In this document: one piece after another, positions 46,160-56,559 of the stretch
How positions within the stretch are numbered: position 1 is the first letter of the stretch
Layout of the letters: each line of letters opens with the position of its first letter
NCBI GenBank assembly: GCA_963749075.1
Contig: CAVVLJ010000022.1
Location: forward strand, 32,001-96,000
Direction of reading: 5' to 3'
Length of the DNA: 64,000 bases
Origin: an uncultured Pseudomonadota bacterium
GTDB lineage: Bacteria > Pseudomonadota > Alphaproteobacteria > JACZXZ01
Notes under the pieces: model-generated
Told to the model about the DNA's origin: nothing
The model's input: the letters and a program-made list of their open reading frames with translations, nothing else
Databases searched by the model: none
Program-made: the position numbers and the translations under genes

Positions 46160-46629
46160 CCGAATGCCTCCGGATTTCCGTGCCTTCCGCCCCCCGATGC
46201 GAGGCTTGTTAATTGGGATCTCGGCGACTGTCTCTGCCGCGGCGTAGATTTTAGCACGAGCGCTTTCCGCGTCAGAAGCCTCTTGTGGGCCTCTTGTGGG
46301 CGAGCGCAGGGACCCCGCCGGGCCCGCCAGAAATGAGCTCCTCATGTTGATCCGCGCCTTGGTGTGGCCATTTTGGCTTCCTCGTATCCCTGCAGAATGC
46401 TATCGTCCACCGCGATTCTTCCTCATCTCGGGAATCTTGGTTCAAGGCCAGGTAAAGCGTGCCCCGAGAGGGGCGCGCGATGCGGGGACCGGAGTGCGGT
46501 CCAATTCGCCGTGCGCCACCCCCCGTTCGGAGCCGGAGAGCGTGGTCCAGAGCCGGCGCAAGTCAGGATAATGCGTTGACAGAAGAGCCACAAGCACAGC
46601 TTGGTGACGATCGAACGTCGGTCGGGGCG

Positions 46630-46839
46630 GAGTCGCGTGCGACCTTCCCCTACCCGATCTACGCCAAATGGGCGGATGCCTACAAGACGAAGACCGGCAT
46701 CGGGCTCAACTACCAGTCGATCGGCTCCGGCGGGGGGATCAAGCAGATCAAGGCCAAGACGGTCGACTTCGGCGCCTCCGACATGCCGCTCGATCCCAAG
46801 GACCTCGACGAAGCCGGCCTCATGCAGTTCCCCATGATC
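46630..46839 (+). pseudogene. pstS: Internal fragment of phosphate-binding protein gene
   Basis: [16 protein letters not shown]...[28 protein letters not shown]...QFPMI. No signal peptide or C-terminus. Confidence 0.8.
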
Positions 46840-47048
46840 TGCGCCCACGGAATGTGCGGCTGGGTCGCTTGAAGTTCGGACGGCACGCGGCGCGCGGCTT
46901 CCGACACGATCTCGATGCCCCGTTGAATGCCGTGGCGCAGAAGCCAGTCGGCGCCATAATCGTCGAGGGTTTTCCCGCGGCTGGCGTTATCGATTCCGTC
47001 GATCGCCTCGAGGATGGCGCGAAGTGCCGGGCGGACGAGCCGCTCCAT
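46831..47048 (-). pseudogene. HEPN/DUF86 (HepT-like) toxin, 3'-truncated
   Basis: IQRGIEIVSEAARRVP...[10 protein letters not shown], then runs into antisense pstS. The expected RNase R-H motif region is missing. Confidence 0.7.
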
Positions 47049-47344
47049 CAGAAGATTCGTTCGGCCGCAGCCGCGATCCGATCCCGAAGCAGCGGGTCCA
47101 AGCTGTCCCGCGTTGTCAAATCAACGGGGACGCCGAGGCGCCGCTCCAGGAGCTGCTTGATCCCGACCAGCTCGACAAGAGAAAAGCGGCTGCCAAGATC
47201 ATAATCGATGAAGAGATCAAGATCGCTGGATCCGATCGCGCCATCGCGAGCCGTTGATCCGAACAGATACAGCGCCGTCGCCCCGAGCGCCTTCACGGCC
47301 TCGGCTTGCTCCTTCAGCGCCGCGATCGCATCGTGCCGTCTCAT
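47048..47344 (-). CDS. Minimal nucleotidyltransferase (MntA-like antitoxin)
   Basis: LYLFGSTARD...SDLDLF, LERRLGVPVDL. Confidence 0.85.
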   Translation of the reverse strand: MRRHDAIAALKEQAEAVKALGATALYLFGSTARDGAIGSSDLDLFIDYDLGSRFSLVELVGIKQLLERRLGVPVDLTTRDSLDPLLRDRIAAAAERIF

Positions 47345-47475
47345 GGCCGCGCATTCTACAGCCATTCCCCGGGCCTGACCAACCTTACGGCATCGCCTTC
47401 CGATATCGCCGGTCCGCTTCGCTGGCGCCTCGGCGTCCAAACGCGCGGGCTATACGCGAATCAGCACGGGATTGC

Positions 47476-48430
47476 CTACCGGACCGCTTGCACCCAGCGG
47501 CGGTACCGCCCGTCTCCCCGAAAGACCGCGCGGAACACGGCATCCGACGCCGCACCCGCCGGAAGCGGGATCGCGAAGCGTCCCTCCGCATCCGTCCTTG
47601 CCTCGCCGATGACGCCGTATCCCGGCCGCAGGAGGATGCGCGCGCGGCCGATTTCCCTGCCGTGGCCGTCGAGGAAGATGACGACGAGGAAGCCGATGTC
47701 CTCAGGGCTCGCACTCATGCGGACAAGCCCGCCGAAAGTGAAGGCGGCATCGGCGGTCACGCGGAAGGGTGCTGAATGGAGGTAGAGGCTCTCAGAGGGA
47801 CGGGTGACGATGCGGAGGTGCCGCTCGCCCGCCGGCCCATCGCGCATGACCGCGGCCGCGGCCGTGCCGTGAGCGTCCCAGCCGGCAAGACCGCGCGCGA
47901 AGCCGCGCTCCACCGCGGCGGTGCCGCCCGAAGTCTCCCGGTAATGGAGCGCTGCGATCCTGACCTCGCTGGCACCCGTGCAGGCGCAGCCGATGTTGAT
48001 CTCGGGGCCGACCACGGCGCTGACCGCCGCCGCCGGGACGGTGCCGCGGACGCTCTCCTCGATGGGAAATCCCGGCCCGCTCGGCTCGAGGCCCTCGAGC
48101 GACACCGGCACCTCCGCGATGGGCCGCCCGGCGGGGTCGCGCAAGCGCCCCTCGACCGTGCTCCCGACCCGCCGGGCCTCCAAGGAGGGTATCGGCCGGA
48201 AGTAGCTCGCGACCAGATAGGTCAAGGTCCCGGGCGACGTCTCAGGCAGAACGCGGGTGGGATTTGCATTCCAGGACTGAAAGACGATTTGCTCGGGCGG
48301 CGACCCCGCTGTCTCGTCATAGGCCTCGTAATGGGCGATCGCGTCCGCGACCCAGGCCCGATCCGTCTTGTCCTCGGGGCTCCCGTCGTAAATCACGCCC
48401 AAGGGAATGCCCTTCGCGCGAAAGAGGGCG
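47476..48430 (-). pseudogene. 3' portion of a hypothetical (possibly glycan-active) protein, 5'-truncated
   Basis: Host-like codon usage from GIPLGVIYDG to the stop. No credible start; abuts an unrelated plus-strand fragment. Confidence 0.4.
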
Positions 48431-48434
48431 GCGA

Positions 48435-48773
48435 GGCGGGTTCTTGATAGGCGTCCCTGGAACCGGGCGGCTGTTCGCGATAAAGCCCGAGGCATTGCGC
48501 GGCTGGGTCAGCGGGTCGGTGCCGATCGGGCGGATACTGGTCGCTCTCGAGAGGCGCGGTTGGCTGGTGAGGGGTGCCGACGGCAAGACCACGCGCCAGG
48601 TCGTGGTCCCCGGCTTGGGGCGACGGCGGTACTATTGCTTGCTGCCGCACGCGGTGGGGCCGAACGAGATCTTGCAACGGAGCGAGAGGCAAGCTGCGCC
48701 GCCAGCGGCCAATAACATCCGCATGCCCGCCGCTGCGCCCCGAAGGCCACTCGGGCCGCTCACCTGGGAGTAG
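48435..48773 (+). pseudogene. C-terminal relic of a DUF927-type replication protein
   Basis: GF...F.IKPEAL..W...IL.AL..RGWLVRGADGK.TRQ..VPG.G.RRYY pattern. Confidence 0.45.
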
Positions 48774-48916
48774 GGAGCGGACTCGACATTTGTCGCAACG
48801 ATATTGTGACGGTCCACCATCAGCTCTCGCTGTATTCCTCTTCAGACCTCCAACGCATAATCAACTCAGTAGGAAACCCCCGTTTCCTACTATGTCGCGC
48901 TCCGATTGAGCGGCAG

Positions 48917-49348
48917 TCAACGTCTCGCGCGGGACCGTGCCTTTTCGTTGCCCTCCGCCAACGTGAAAATCAGGTCGGCCAATGATTTCCGAACGGTGAG
49001 ATTCGTAATGCGAAGGAGTGCACGCAGGAATTCCAAAGTCTCGCGCTTATACGGCGGCTCAATCTCCTGACGGGCTGCCTGATGGTCGCCATGTCGGTTG
49101 GGTTCTATGCCCTCAAAGAAAAAAGGTACCGGGACGGCCAGGACATGTGCAAATTGGTAGAGTTTGCTCGCGCTGATGCGACTAGCTCCATTTTCGTACT
49201 TTTGAACCTGCTGAAACGTGATGCCCACCGCCTTGCCGAGCTGGGATTGATTCATGCCCAGAAGGGTACGACGCATCCGCAGTCTACCTCCGGCTTGCCG
49301 GTCGACCTCCAATTGCCCTTTAGAGCGATGTCCCCGGGGTTTGCGCAC
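48917..49348 (-). CDS. XRE-family regulator, PraR/PhrR-like, paralogue 2
   Basis: VDRQAGGRLRMRRTLLGMNQSQLGKAVGITFQQVQKYENG. Shares YKRETL with 34357-34716. Confidence 0.8.
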   Translation of the reverse strand: MRKPRGHRSKGQLEVDRQAGGRLRMRRTLLGMNQSQLGKAVGITFQQVQKYENGASRISASKLYQFAHVLAVPVPFFFEGIEPNRHGDHQAARQEIEPPYKRETLEFLRALLRITNLTVRKSLADLIFTLAEGNEKARSRARR

Positions 49349-49381
49349 TGCTGAGGCTAGGTCGCGCTCTGGAGCTGGTCG

Positions 49382-50365
49382 TTAGTGGCCAAGGACAGGA
49401 TGGGGTCGGTAGGCTTCTTCCAGCATCCTGGCATCATCAGGCTCCAACACGAGGCTGACGGCTGCGGCCGCCTCCTTCAAATGATGCAGTTTGGTTGCCC
49501 CTATAATGGGCGCAGTAACACCGGGGCGGTTCGCCAACCATGCAAGCGCCACCTGCGCCGGCGTAACTCCGATCTTAGTGGCAACCAGCTTCACTCGATC
49601 GACAACTGCGAAATCCTCTGGCTGGAAATACATGCTTTGGGAAAACTCGTCATGTTTGGCGCGAACAGTCTCTCCCTGCTTGCCCTCGGCGACTCGGTTG
49701 CCGGCAAGAAATCCGCGCGCCAATGGGCTCCAGGGAATGATCCCCACGCCCTCGGCCCGGCAAAGCGGGATCATTTCTCGCTCTTCCTCGCGATAGATCA
49801 GGTTGTAGTGGTTCTGCATGGAGACGAAGCGCGACCAACCGTGCCGGTCGGAGACATGGAGTGAGTGGCTAAATTGCCACGCGAACATGCTAGAGGCGCC
49901 GAGGTATCGTACCTTGCCCGATCGTACGAGATCGTTCAGGGCATCTAGGGTTTCCTCAATTGGGGTCTCATAGTCCCAGCGGTGAATCTGATAGAGGTCG
50001 ACGTAATCGGTCGCCAGACGTTTCAGCGTGCCGTCAATAGACTCCATGATGTGCTTGCGCGACAGTCCGCCCTCATTAGCGCCTTCGCCCACCTTGTAAT
50101 AGACCTTGCTGGTAATCACTGTATTGCCGCGCGGAGCACCGAAATCGCGCAAAGCCCGCCCCAGCACTGTCTCACTGGCACCAAGCGAATAGATGTCGGC
50201 GGTGTCGAAGAAATTGACGCCAAGCTCTAAGGCTTCGCGGATGAACGGCCGGGCCGCCTCCTCGTCCAATACCCAAGGGCGCCATTTGGAAGAACCGTAG
50301 GTCAGGCAGCCAAGAGCCAAACGCGAGACCTTGAGGCCGGTATTGCCTAGGCGGACGTAATCCAT
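49382..50365 (-). CDS. Aldo/keto reductase
   Basis: LGNTGLKVSRLALG, FDTADIYS, DLYQIHR, PWSPLARG. Confidence 0.92.
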   Translation of the reverse strand: MDYVRLGNTGLKVSRLALGCLTYGSSKWRPWVLDEEAARPFIREALELGVNFFDTADIYSLGASETVLGRALRDFGAPRGNTVITSKVYYKVGEGANEGGLSRKHIMESIDGTLKRLATDYVDLYQIHRWDYETPIEETLDALNDLVRSGKVRYLGASSMFAWQFSHSLHVSDRHGWSRFVSMQNHYNLIYREEEREMIPLCRAEGVGIIPWSPLARGFLAGNRVAEGKQGETVRAKHDEFSQSMYFQPEDFAVVDRVKLVATKIGVTPAQVALAWLANRPGVTAPIIGATKLHHLKEAAAAVSLVLEPDDARMLEEAYRPHPVLGH

Positions 50366-50699
50366 GGTGGCATCTCCAAAGCTAGACGCGCTGGCTGAAC
50401 ATGAAACCTTGATGCGGCGATCAACACTGTGGTGCTTCCACGTCCGCGCGGGGGGCGAGAGTCTCGAGCCTCGTTCGGCGTCCAAACGGGGGCGTTGCAT
50501 TCCTTGGCACCTCGAACGAATATCGGAGGAGCTGAATAGTTTCGCGTGCTGCTCGCGTCTCCTGCTCTTTGCTGTCCAACGCAAAAAATCTCGCGGCCGA
50601 TCACGTTTGAAGACGCGGACCATAGGAGAGCGAGGACACCAGACTCAAGATGCACGTCGACCATTGCATGACAAGGTGCTGCATTCGGCGCCAATTCAT

Positions 50700-51698
50700 T
50701 CAACCCTTGAACAGGGGCTCTGGCACGCCCGTGACACCGGGCCGAAACGCGAATAGGCTGCCGGCCTGCGGTTGGCTGGACAGATCGCTTGTCGGGCGAA
50801 TTGAGGTGATAAAAAGGATGTCCAGTGTACGCCCGCCGAATGCGACCATGCTGGGTTTGGCGATGGGCAGCGCGACGCGCCGATCAATTCGCCCGGCCGG
50901 CGTCAGACGCACCAGCTCCCAACCGTCATTACCCGCCATCCAATAGCAGCCGTCGGCGTCACAGCACCCGCCGTCGGGTCGACCTGGCATGCCGTGCGTA
51001 TCAAGAAAAACACGCCGGTTGGCAATGTGACCGTCCGAAGGGCTGAAGTCCCAAGCCCAGATCGTGCGCACCGTGGGATGGGAATCGGAGTGATATAGGG
51101 TGCGGCCATCAGGGCTGAAGGCGAGGCCGTTGGGGGTCATTAGTCCGCGGACGACGGCTGTACATTCGCTATCACCGGCGAGGCGGTACAGGGTGCCATC
51201 GTGGCGAGCGGATTTAGGTGGATCATGCATAGTCCCGACCCAGAAGCGGCCGGCTCGGTCACAACGCCCGTCGTTCATACGGTTGTGCGGCAGATTGCTT
51301 TCCGGACTGGCGACTAGTTGCCGCCTGCCTGAGGCAAGCTCGTAGCGGTAAATGCCGGATTTTAACGCGACCAGGGCGATACCCTCGGTCTCGCAAAGTG
51401 CAAAGGAGCCTATCGCCTCGCCCATAGACCATATTCGATCGCTTCCTACAGATGGGTCGAAGCAGTGGAGATTTCCCGCATAAATATCAATCCAATAAAG
51501 GCTCTGACTGCGCCCGCACCAGATCGGGCACTCGCCCAGCTCAACCCGTACGTCAAGCACGCATTCAATCTGCGACGCCGGAATGTATCTTCCCTTCCCG
51601 GGCGGAAGCGTCCCTTTAACTAGTCCCCGGGGATTGGCGACCGGTTTCGGTCTTCTATGCTGTCTCTTGGGTTTGCCGCCGGGCTGATCAAATTTCAT
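50700..51698 (-). CDS. SMP-30/gluconolactonase family sugar lactonase (start uncertain)
   Basis: LGECPIW, NRMNDGRCD..GRFWVGTM, PNGLAFSPD, PDGGC.D. Confidence 0.85.
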   Translation of the reverse strand: MKFDQPGGKPKRQHRRPKPVANPRGLVKGTLPPGKGRYIPASQIECVLDVRVELGECPIWCGRSQSLYWIDIYAGNLHCFDPSVGSDRIWSMGEAIGSFALCETEGIALVALKSGIYRYELASGRRQLVASPESNLPHNRMNDGRCDRAGRFWVGTMHDPPKSARHDGTLYRLAGDSECTAVVRGLMTPNGLAFSPDGRTLYHSDSHPTVRTIWAWDFSPSDGHIANRRVFLDTHGMPGRPDGGCCDADGCYWMAGNDGWELVRLTPAGRIDRRVALPIAKPSMVAFGGRTLDILFITSIRPTSDLSSQPQAGSLFAFRPGVTGVPEPLFKG

Positions 51699-51702
51699 TG
51701 TA

Positions 51703-52734
51703 TCACCCGGCAGACGCAAAGACTTGGAGCACGGTCGATACATCCTCGAGATTGATATGGCGATGGGTGACGAATCGCAGCACTCCCTTGCCGACGACCG
51801 ATGTCAATATCCCATGTTGCTGAAGCAACCCCAACCACTGCTCCGGGTTTCTTCTCGTATGGCCAATTCTCACCATCACGATATTCGTTTCGACTTCACC
51901 CGGCTCCACGAAGGAGGGATCGATTTTGTGAAGTCCTTGCGCCAGTGCCTGTGCCGTCCGGTGATCGTCCTGCAAACGCTCGACCATCTGGCTTAGGGCG
52001 ACTAGCCCTGCAGCGGCAATGATCCCTGCCTGTCGCATAGTGCCCCCGACCATCCTTCGGAACGCGCGGCTGCGCTCGATAAATGTCTTCGAACCGGCCA
52101 GCAGCGAGCCGACCGGAGCACTCAAACCCTTTGATAGACAGGTGGAAACCGAATCACAGTGATTGGCAACGGCCGCGGCTTTGGCTCCTAGCGCCGTCGC
52201 CGCGTTGAATATCCGCGAACCGTCAAGGTGCACATGGGCGCCGTTTTGATGCGCGAGGTCGGCGACCGCACGCATGTGATCAAGGGCTAACACGGCACCG
52301 CCGGCAGCAACGTGGGTCGTTTCCATGCAGACTATTGAAGTGGCAAGTTGACGCCGTGTGAGCGATGGCGACAGGCACATTCGGAGTTCTTCGATGTCCA
52401 TGGCCCCCCTGCGTCCGGCCACGCCTCTATATGACATTCCAGCCAATGTTGCGACACCGCCCATTTCGGACCGCACGATATGGCTGGTCGCTTCGAGAAC
52501 GACCTCGCCACCTGGCTTGGAGCAGCAAAGAAGCGTAAGAAGATTTGCCATGGTGCCTGAAGGGGTAAGCACTGCGGCCTCTTTACCGAGCATCGCAGCG
52601 GCGACGGATTCGAGTTGCTGAACGGTCGGATCGTCGCCCCAGCCGTCGTCTCCAAGCGGCGCGGCGCGCATCGCCTCGTACATGGCCTCGGTCGGCTTTG
52701 TGACCGTATCGCTTCGCATATCGATGATTGGCAT
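51703..52734 (-). CDS. ltaE: Low-specificity L-threonine aldolase-like PLP enzyme
   Basis: DMRSDTVTKP, PSGTMAN, HLDGSRIFNA, CLSKGLSAPVGS, MRQAG. Confidence 0.88.
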   Translation of the reverse strand: MPIIDMRSDTVTKPTEAMYEAMRAAPLGDDGWGDDPTVQQLESVAAAMLGKEAAVLTPSGTMANLLTLLCCSKPGGEVVLEATSHIVRSEMGGVATLAGMSYRGVAGRRGAMDIEELRMCLSPSLTRRQLATSIVCMETTHVAAGGAVLALDHMRAVADLAHQNGAHVHLDGSRIFNAATALGAKAAAVANHCDSVSTCLSKGLSAPVGSLLAGSKTFIERSRAFRRMVGGTMRQAGIIAAAGLVALSQMVERLQDDHRTAQALAQGLHKIDPSFVEPGEVETNIVMVRIGHTRRNPEQWLGLLQQHGILTSVVGKGVLRFVTHRHINLEDVSTVLQVFASAG

Positions 52735-52810
52735 GGCTCGGTTCGCGCTGTGAGCAGTACTGGCGAGGCTGCCAACATGGGGCAGCCTCGCCAAGGGGAT
52801 AACGTCCGCC

Positions 52811-54067
52811 CTACCGCATCCTGTTATAGTTGCCCTCGGCCTCACGCAGGGCGGCTTCGGGGGCTTCCTTGCCGGCCATCACGTTGGCGATGGCATGGCC
52901 AAGTGCGTCCTGCAAAGCGGCCACATTCTCCGGCCAATGGAACTTAAGCGCGTCGTCAGCCATAAATTTCACCAGCTTCTTGATATAGGCCATCTGCGGC
53001 GTGCTGAGACTTGGATCATTGGCCAGGCTGCGGCGCATGGGCAGATACCCAACCTTCTCGACCTGCTCTAACTGGATCTTGGGCGAGGTCCAAAGTTGGA
53101 TAAATTTCCAGGCGAGATCGGGCTGCTTGGAGTCAACGGGGATGGCAAGGTTCCAGGCTTCGACCATGGCGGGCTGCCAGCCGCCCTTGAACGTCGGTAC
53201 GGGCATGAAGTCGAGCTTGTCCCCAGTGGGCAGTTTCAGCCTAAGGGTCTTCAACCAGTGCGAGCCTTCAAAGAAGAAGCCCGTGCGACCCGCCTCGGTC
53301 AGTTCGGCAATCTTATCGCCCTCCATGAGACCAACGTCGAGCGGCATCACTTTGTATTTTTGCACGAGATCGCGCACAAACTCGATCACTTTAATGGCCT
53401 GTGGCGACACAAAATCGGCAGTGCCGTCTTTGTGCAGCATGGGCCCGCCCAGAGTAACGACGGCTGGAACGAAGAACTTCTCTGCGGCGTCGCTGGACGG
53501 GTCAAAGCCTATCCCTATGCCGGTGAAGCCTGGCCCCGACATTTCCTGCATTTTTTTGGCGGCAGCGACAAGCTCGTCAAAGCTCTCCGGCACCTTCAGC
53601 CCGGCCTTTTCGAGTAGGTCGGCCCGATAGTGGAAGCCATAGACACGAATGTCATAGGGAATGGCATAGTGCTTTCCGTCCTTGATTCCCGATGACGGGA
53701 TGATCAGATCGTCGCGATCTGACTTGTCTAGCTTCGCAAGGTACGGATCTAGCGGCTTCAACGCGTCTGCACCGATCTCGCGCTGCACATTGCCGGAATT
53801 TGCTATCGTGAGGTCGGGCGTCCGTCCCGCTTGCGCGGCCTTGAGTACCGCGAGATCGATCTGATTCCACGCCGTCACGGTCGTGTGTACCTTCACTCCC
53901 GGGTTCTCTGCCTCGAACGTCCGGATTACCTCTGCCTCCATCTTCGAGCGTGGATTGTCACCTGCGGGATCGATGAAACTCCAGAATTCAAGACTTGTTT
54001 CGGCTGCCGCCACGCGCGGCAGTAGGACCAGCAGCAACGCTGCGATAATCAGCTTTATGTTCTGCAT
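52811..54067 (-). CDS. Carbohydrate ABC transporter substrate-binding protein
   Basis: Signal peptide, FEAENPGVKV, DGKHYAIP, YRADLLEKAG. Confidence 0.88.
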   Translation of the reverse strand: MQNIKLIIAALLLVLLPRVAAAETSLEFWSFIDPAGDNPRSKMEAEVIRTFEAENPGVKVHTTVTAWNQIDLAVLKAAQAGRTPDLTIANSGNVQREIGADALKPLDPYLAKLDKSDRDDLIIPSSGIKDGKHYAIPYDIRVYGFHYRADLLEKAGLKVPESFDELVAAAKKMQEMSGPGFTGIGIGFDPSSDAAEKFFVPAVVTLGGPMLHKDGTADFVSPQAIKVIEFVRDLVQKYKVMPLDVGLMEGDKIAELTEAGRTGFFFEGSHWLKTLRLKLPTGDKLDFMPVPTFKGGWQPAMVEAWNLAIPVDSKQPDLAWKFIQLWTSPKIQLEQVEKVGYLPMRRSLANDPSLSTPQMAYIKKLVKFMADDALKFHWPENVAALQDALGHAIANVMAGKEAPEAALREAEGNYNRMR

Positions 54068-54121
54068 GGATTTCACTCCCTGTTCGCTGTTTCAACAAAC
54101 GTCATGCGGAGTCATGTTCCT

Positions 54122-54997
54122 TCATCCTTTGACAGCGCCTGCCGATAAGCCCTGGATGAAGGATTTCTGAAGAAACGCATAAGCCACGAGAACCGGGATA
54201 ATGGCAGCAACCGCTGATGCGGTAAGCCGTCCCCAATCCACGCCAACGTCAGTAACATGTGAGTAAATGCCAACTTGAATGATGCGCACCGAATCTGATT
54301 GCACTACACTGTAGCCAAGGAGAAATTCGTTCCACACGTCAGTAAACGCGAGCACAAAGCCCGCCAGCAGACCGGAGCGCAATAAAGGGAACGTGATGCG
54401 GTAAAAGGCGCCGATCCGCGAGCAGCCGTCTAGACGCGCCGCCTCCTCGAGGTCGAGAGGAATGCCGATGACGAAGCCGCGTAAGAGCCAGGACAGCTTA
54501 GGAGTAAGCCAAGCGCAAAAGACAAGAATAAGCACCCAAATAGTGTCATAGATGCCGACTTTGACGGAAAGCATATAGAGCGGGATGACGATTGCCACGC
54601 CGGGCATCATGATGGTCATGAACATCATTAGCATCAGCCCATTTCGTCCCCGGAAGTTAAACCGAGCGACCGCGTAACCAGCGTGCGCTGAGATGAGGGT
54701 ACTCAGTACAATCACTACAAATGCAATCAACGTCGTGTTCCACAGATATCCGAGGAAATGTTCATTCTCAAACACTGCGCCGACGTAATTCTCGAACGTC
54801 CAGGTATGCGGCAGCAGTGTCGGGGGGTATGCCGCGATCTCCGAGGGGGTCTTTAGGGACGTGATGAGCGCCCAAAGGATGGGAACGAGCGCGAATGCCG
54901 CTGCAAGTACCGCAAACAGCAGCTGCCCGGCTTTGCTCATATTTTTCAAGACGCGTCGTGCGCCTGATCCCGATGATGCGACATCAATGCGGCTCAT
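54122..54997 (-). CDS. Carbohydrate ABC permease (MalG-like)
   Basis: EEAARLDG EAA motif, WNEF, FIQGLSAGAVKG. Confidence 0.9.
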   Translation of the reverse strand: MSRIDVASSGSGARRVLKNMSKAGQLLFAVLAAAFALVPILWALITSLKTPSEIAAYPPTLLPHTWTFENYVGAVFENEHFLGYLWNTTLIAFVVIVLSTLISAHAGYAVARFNFRGRNGLMLMMFMTIMMPGVAIVIPLYMLSVKVGIYDTIWVLILVFCAWLTPKLSWLLRGFVIGIPLDLEEAARLDGCSRIGAFYRITFPLLRSGLLAGFVLAFTDVWNEFLLGYSVVQSDSVRIIQVGIYSHVTDVGVDWGRLTASAVAAIIPVLVAYAFLQKSFIQGLSAGAVKG

Positions 54998-55917
54998 ACT
55001 CCGTGCTCCGTACGCAATACCCGCACGAACGCAATGGTAAAAAGGATATTGATCGCAAAGACCATAACAGCGCCGGCAGAGCCGACCCCCATGTTGAGCA
55101 ACCTAAACGCCGAGTTGAAGACGCGCAGCGCCATCGTTTCGGTCGCACCGTTGGGTCCGCCGCCTGTCATCACGAGAACAATGTCGACGCTTTTGAAGGC
55201 CTGAAGTGATGTGAGGATGAGCGCGACCATAGCGGTGTTTCGCACGAGCGGAAACGTCACATGCCGAAATCGCAGCCAGGCCGTGGCCCCGTCAATCGCT
55301 GCCGCCTCCTGCAATTCGACCGGAACAGTCTGGAGTGCGGCGAGCATGAAGACCATGACCAAAGGGAACGCCGACCACGCACTGGCGACAATTACGGCGC
55401 CCATAGCGCCCACGGGGTCGCTGATAGCGTTGGGAAGCGTGATGCCGACACTCGCCAGGAGCCAAGGTGCTAGACCGAACTGTGGATTTGTGAGCCAACC
55501 CCAGAGCAATCCTCCCACTATGTTTGAGACAAGCCAGGGAAGTATCAGTACCGTGCGCAGGAAGCCCCGGAGAGGGATGGGCTTTGAAAGAAGAACCGCC
55601 AACGCGACGCCAAGCGGCATCGCTATTGCTAACGTCCCGGCGACGAAGATCAGGGAGTTCAGGATGGATCCGATGCCGTTACTCTCGATGACATAATCCG
55701 CGTAGTTTTGAAGCCCCACGAATCGTCCAAGCGAGAGGTTTCGCGATCGGAAGAAACTTTGCAGGATGGCGTAACCGATCGGTAGAACGGAAATTCCCGC
55801 GATCAATACGAAAGCCGGCGAAAGAGTGACATAGGGAAAGGCGCTGCTTCCGAACCGGCGCCATCTCAGTCGGTGGAATGCCGCAAGCCCGCCGGCGTGT
55901 GTGTCAATTTTAACCAT
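54994..55917 (-). CDS. Carbohydrate ABC permease (MalF-like)
   Basis: FVGLQNY, EAAAIDGA, MTGGGP. Confidence 0.9.
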   Translation of the reverse strand: MVKIDTHAGGLAAFHRLRWRRFGSSAFPYVTLSPAFVLIAGISVLPIGYAILQSFFRSRNLSLGRFVGLQNYADYVIESNGIGSILNSLIFVAGTLAIAMPLGVALAVLLSKPIPLRGFLRTVLILPWLVSNIVGGLLWGWLTNPQFGLAPWLLASVGITLPNAISDPVGAMGAVIVASAWSAFPLVMVFMLAALQTVPVELQEAAAIDGATAWLRFRHVTFPLVRNTAMVALILTSLQAFKSVDIVLVMTGGGPNGATETMALRVFNSAFRLLNMGVGSAGAVMVFAINILFTIAFVRVLRTEHGV

Positions 55918-56233
55918 GACGCAGGCCCCACACGGGCGCGAGTTCGAAAGCCCATGACTGCTCGGAACGGTGCGCGGGCTGGATGCGCTCGCCCGCAGCA
56001 GCCGCAAGCCAATCGCCCGGAGCGACACGGATTTCAGATCCGCGGAACCGAACACGAGGCAGGATTTTCCCGCCGAGCAGTTCGGCCAGGGTGACGTCAA
56101 ATGGCAGCGCCGAGCCGCGGGAGCCGACCAGGGCGGCGGGTTGCCCCAGCATGATGTCGAGGTTGCTGCCATCGATTACGTCGACGCTTCTAAAGCTCTC
56201 TCGTATCCCGCGCAGCCCGACTGCCGCCGTCAT
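55910..56233 (-). pseudogene. Internally deleted ABC ATPase (MalK-like) relic
   Basis: N-terminus up to a broken Walker A (AALVGSRGS) joined to a TOBE-like tail (AELLGG). About 107 aa. Confidence 0.55.
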
Positions 56234-56559
56234 CGTTTTGGGTTGCGTGCTGATGGCACAGCCTTCCTGTAGCACGAGTTCAGCCGGCGCCTCATCTCGC
56301 GCTTTGTATTTTAGCTTCCCAAAATAATTTCTCGGAGTCAAGCCAATGCTGTATGGCTCCGACGATGGTGCTGGTCGTCACAGCGTCGATCGAGGAAGCG
56401 TACGCGGGCGCTCCTCCGCCCCGCAATTGCAAGGATTTGCAACACGGCAGATGTCGGAACGACGCCGGTCGGGAGGCGGCGCTGGACAGATGCTCGCGCG
56501 GCGTGTAAGCAATTGTCGGCCTGCGTAAGGACAAGAATGCGATAGGCCAAGAGGGCTCA

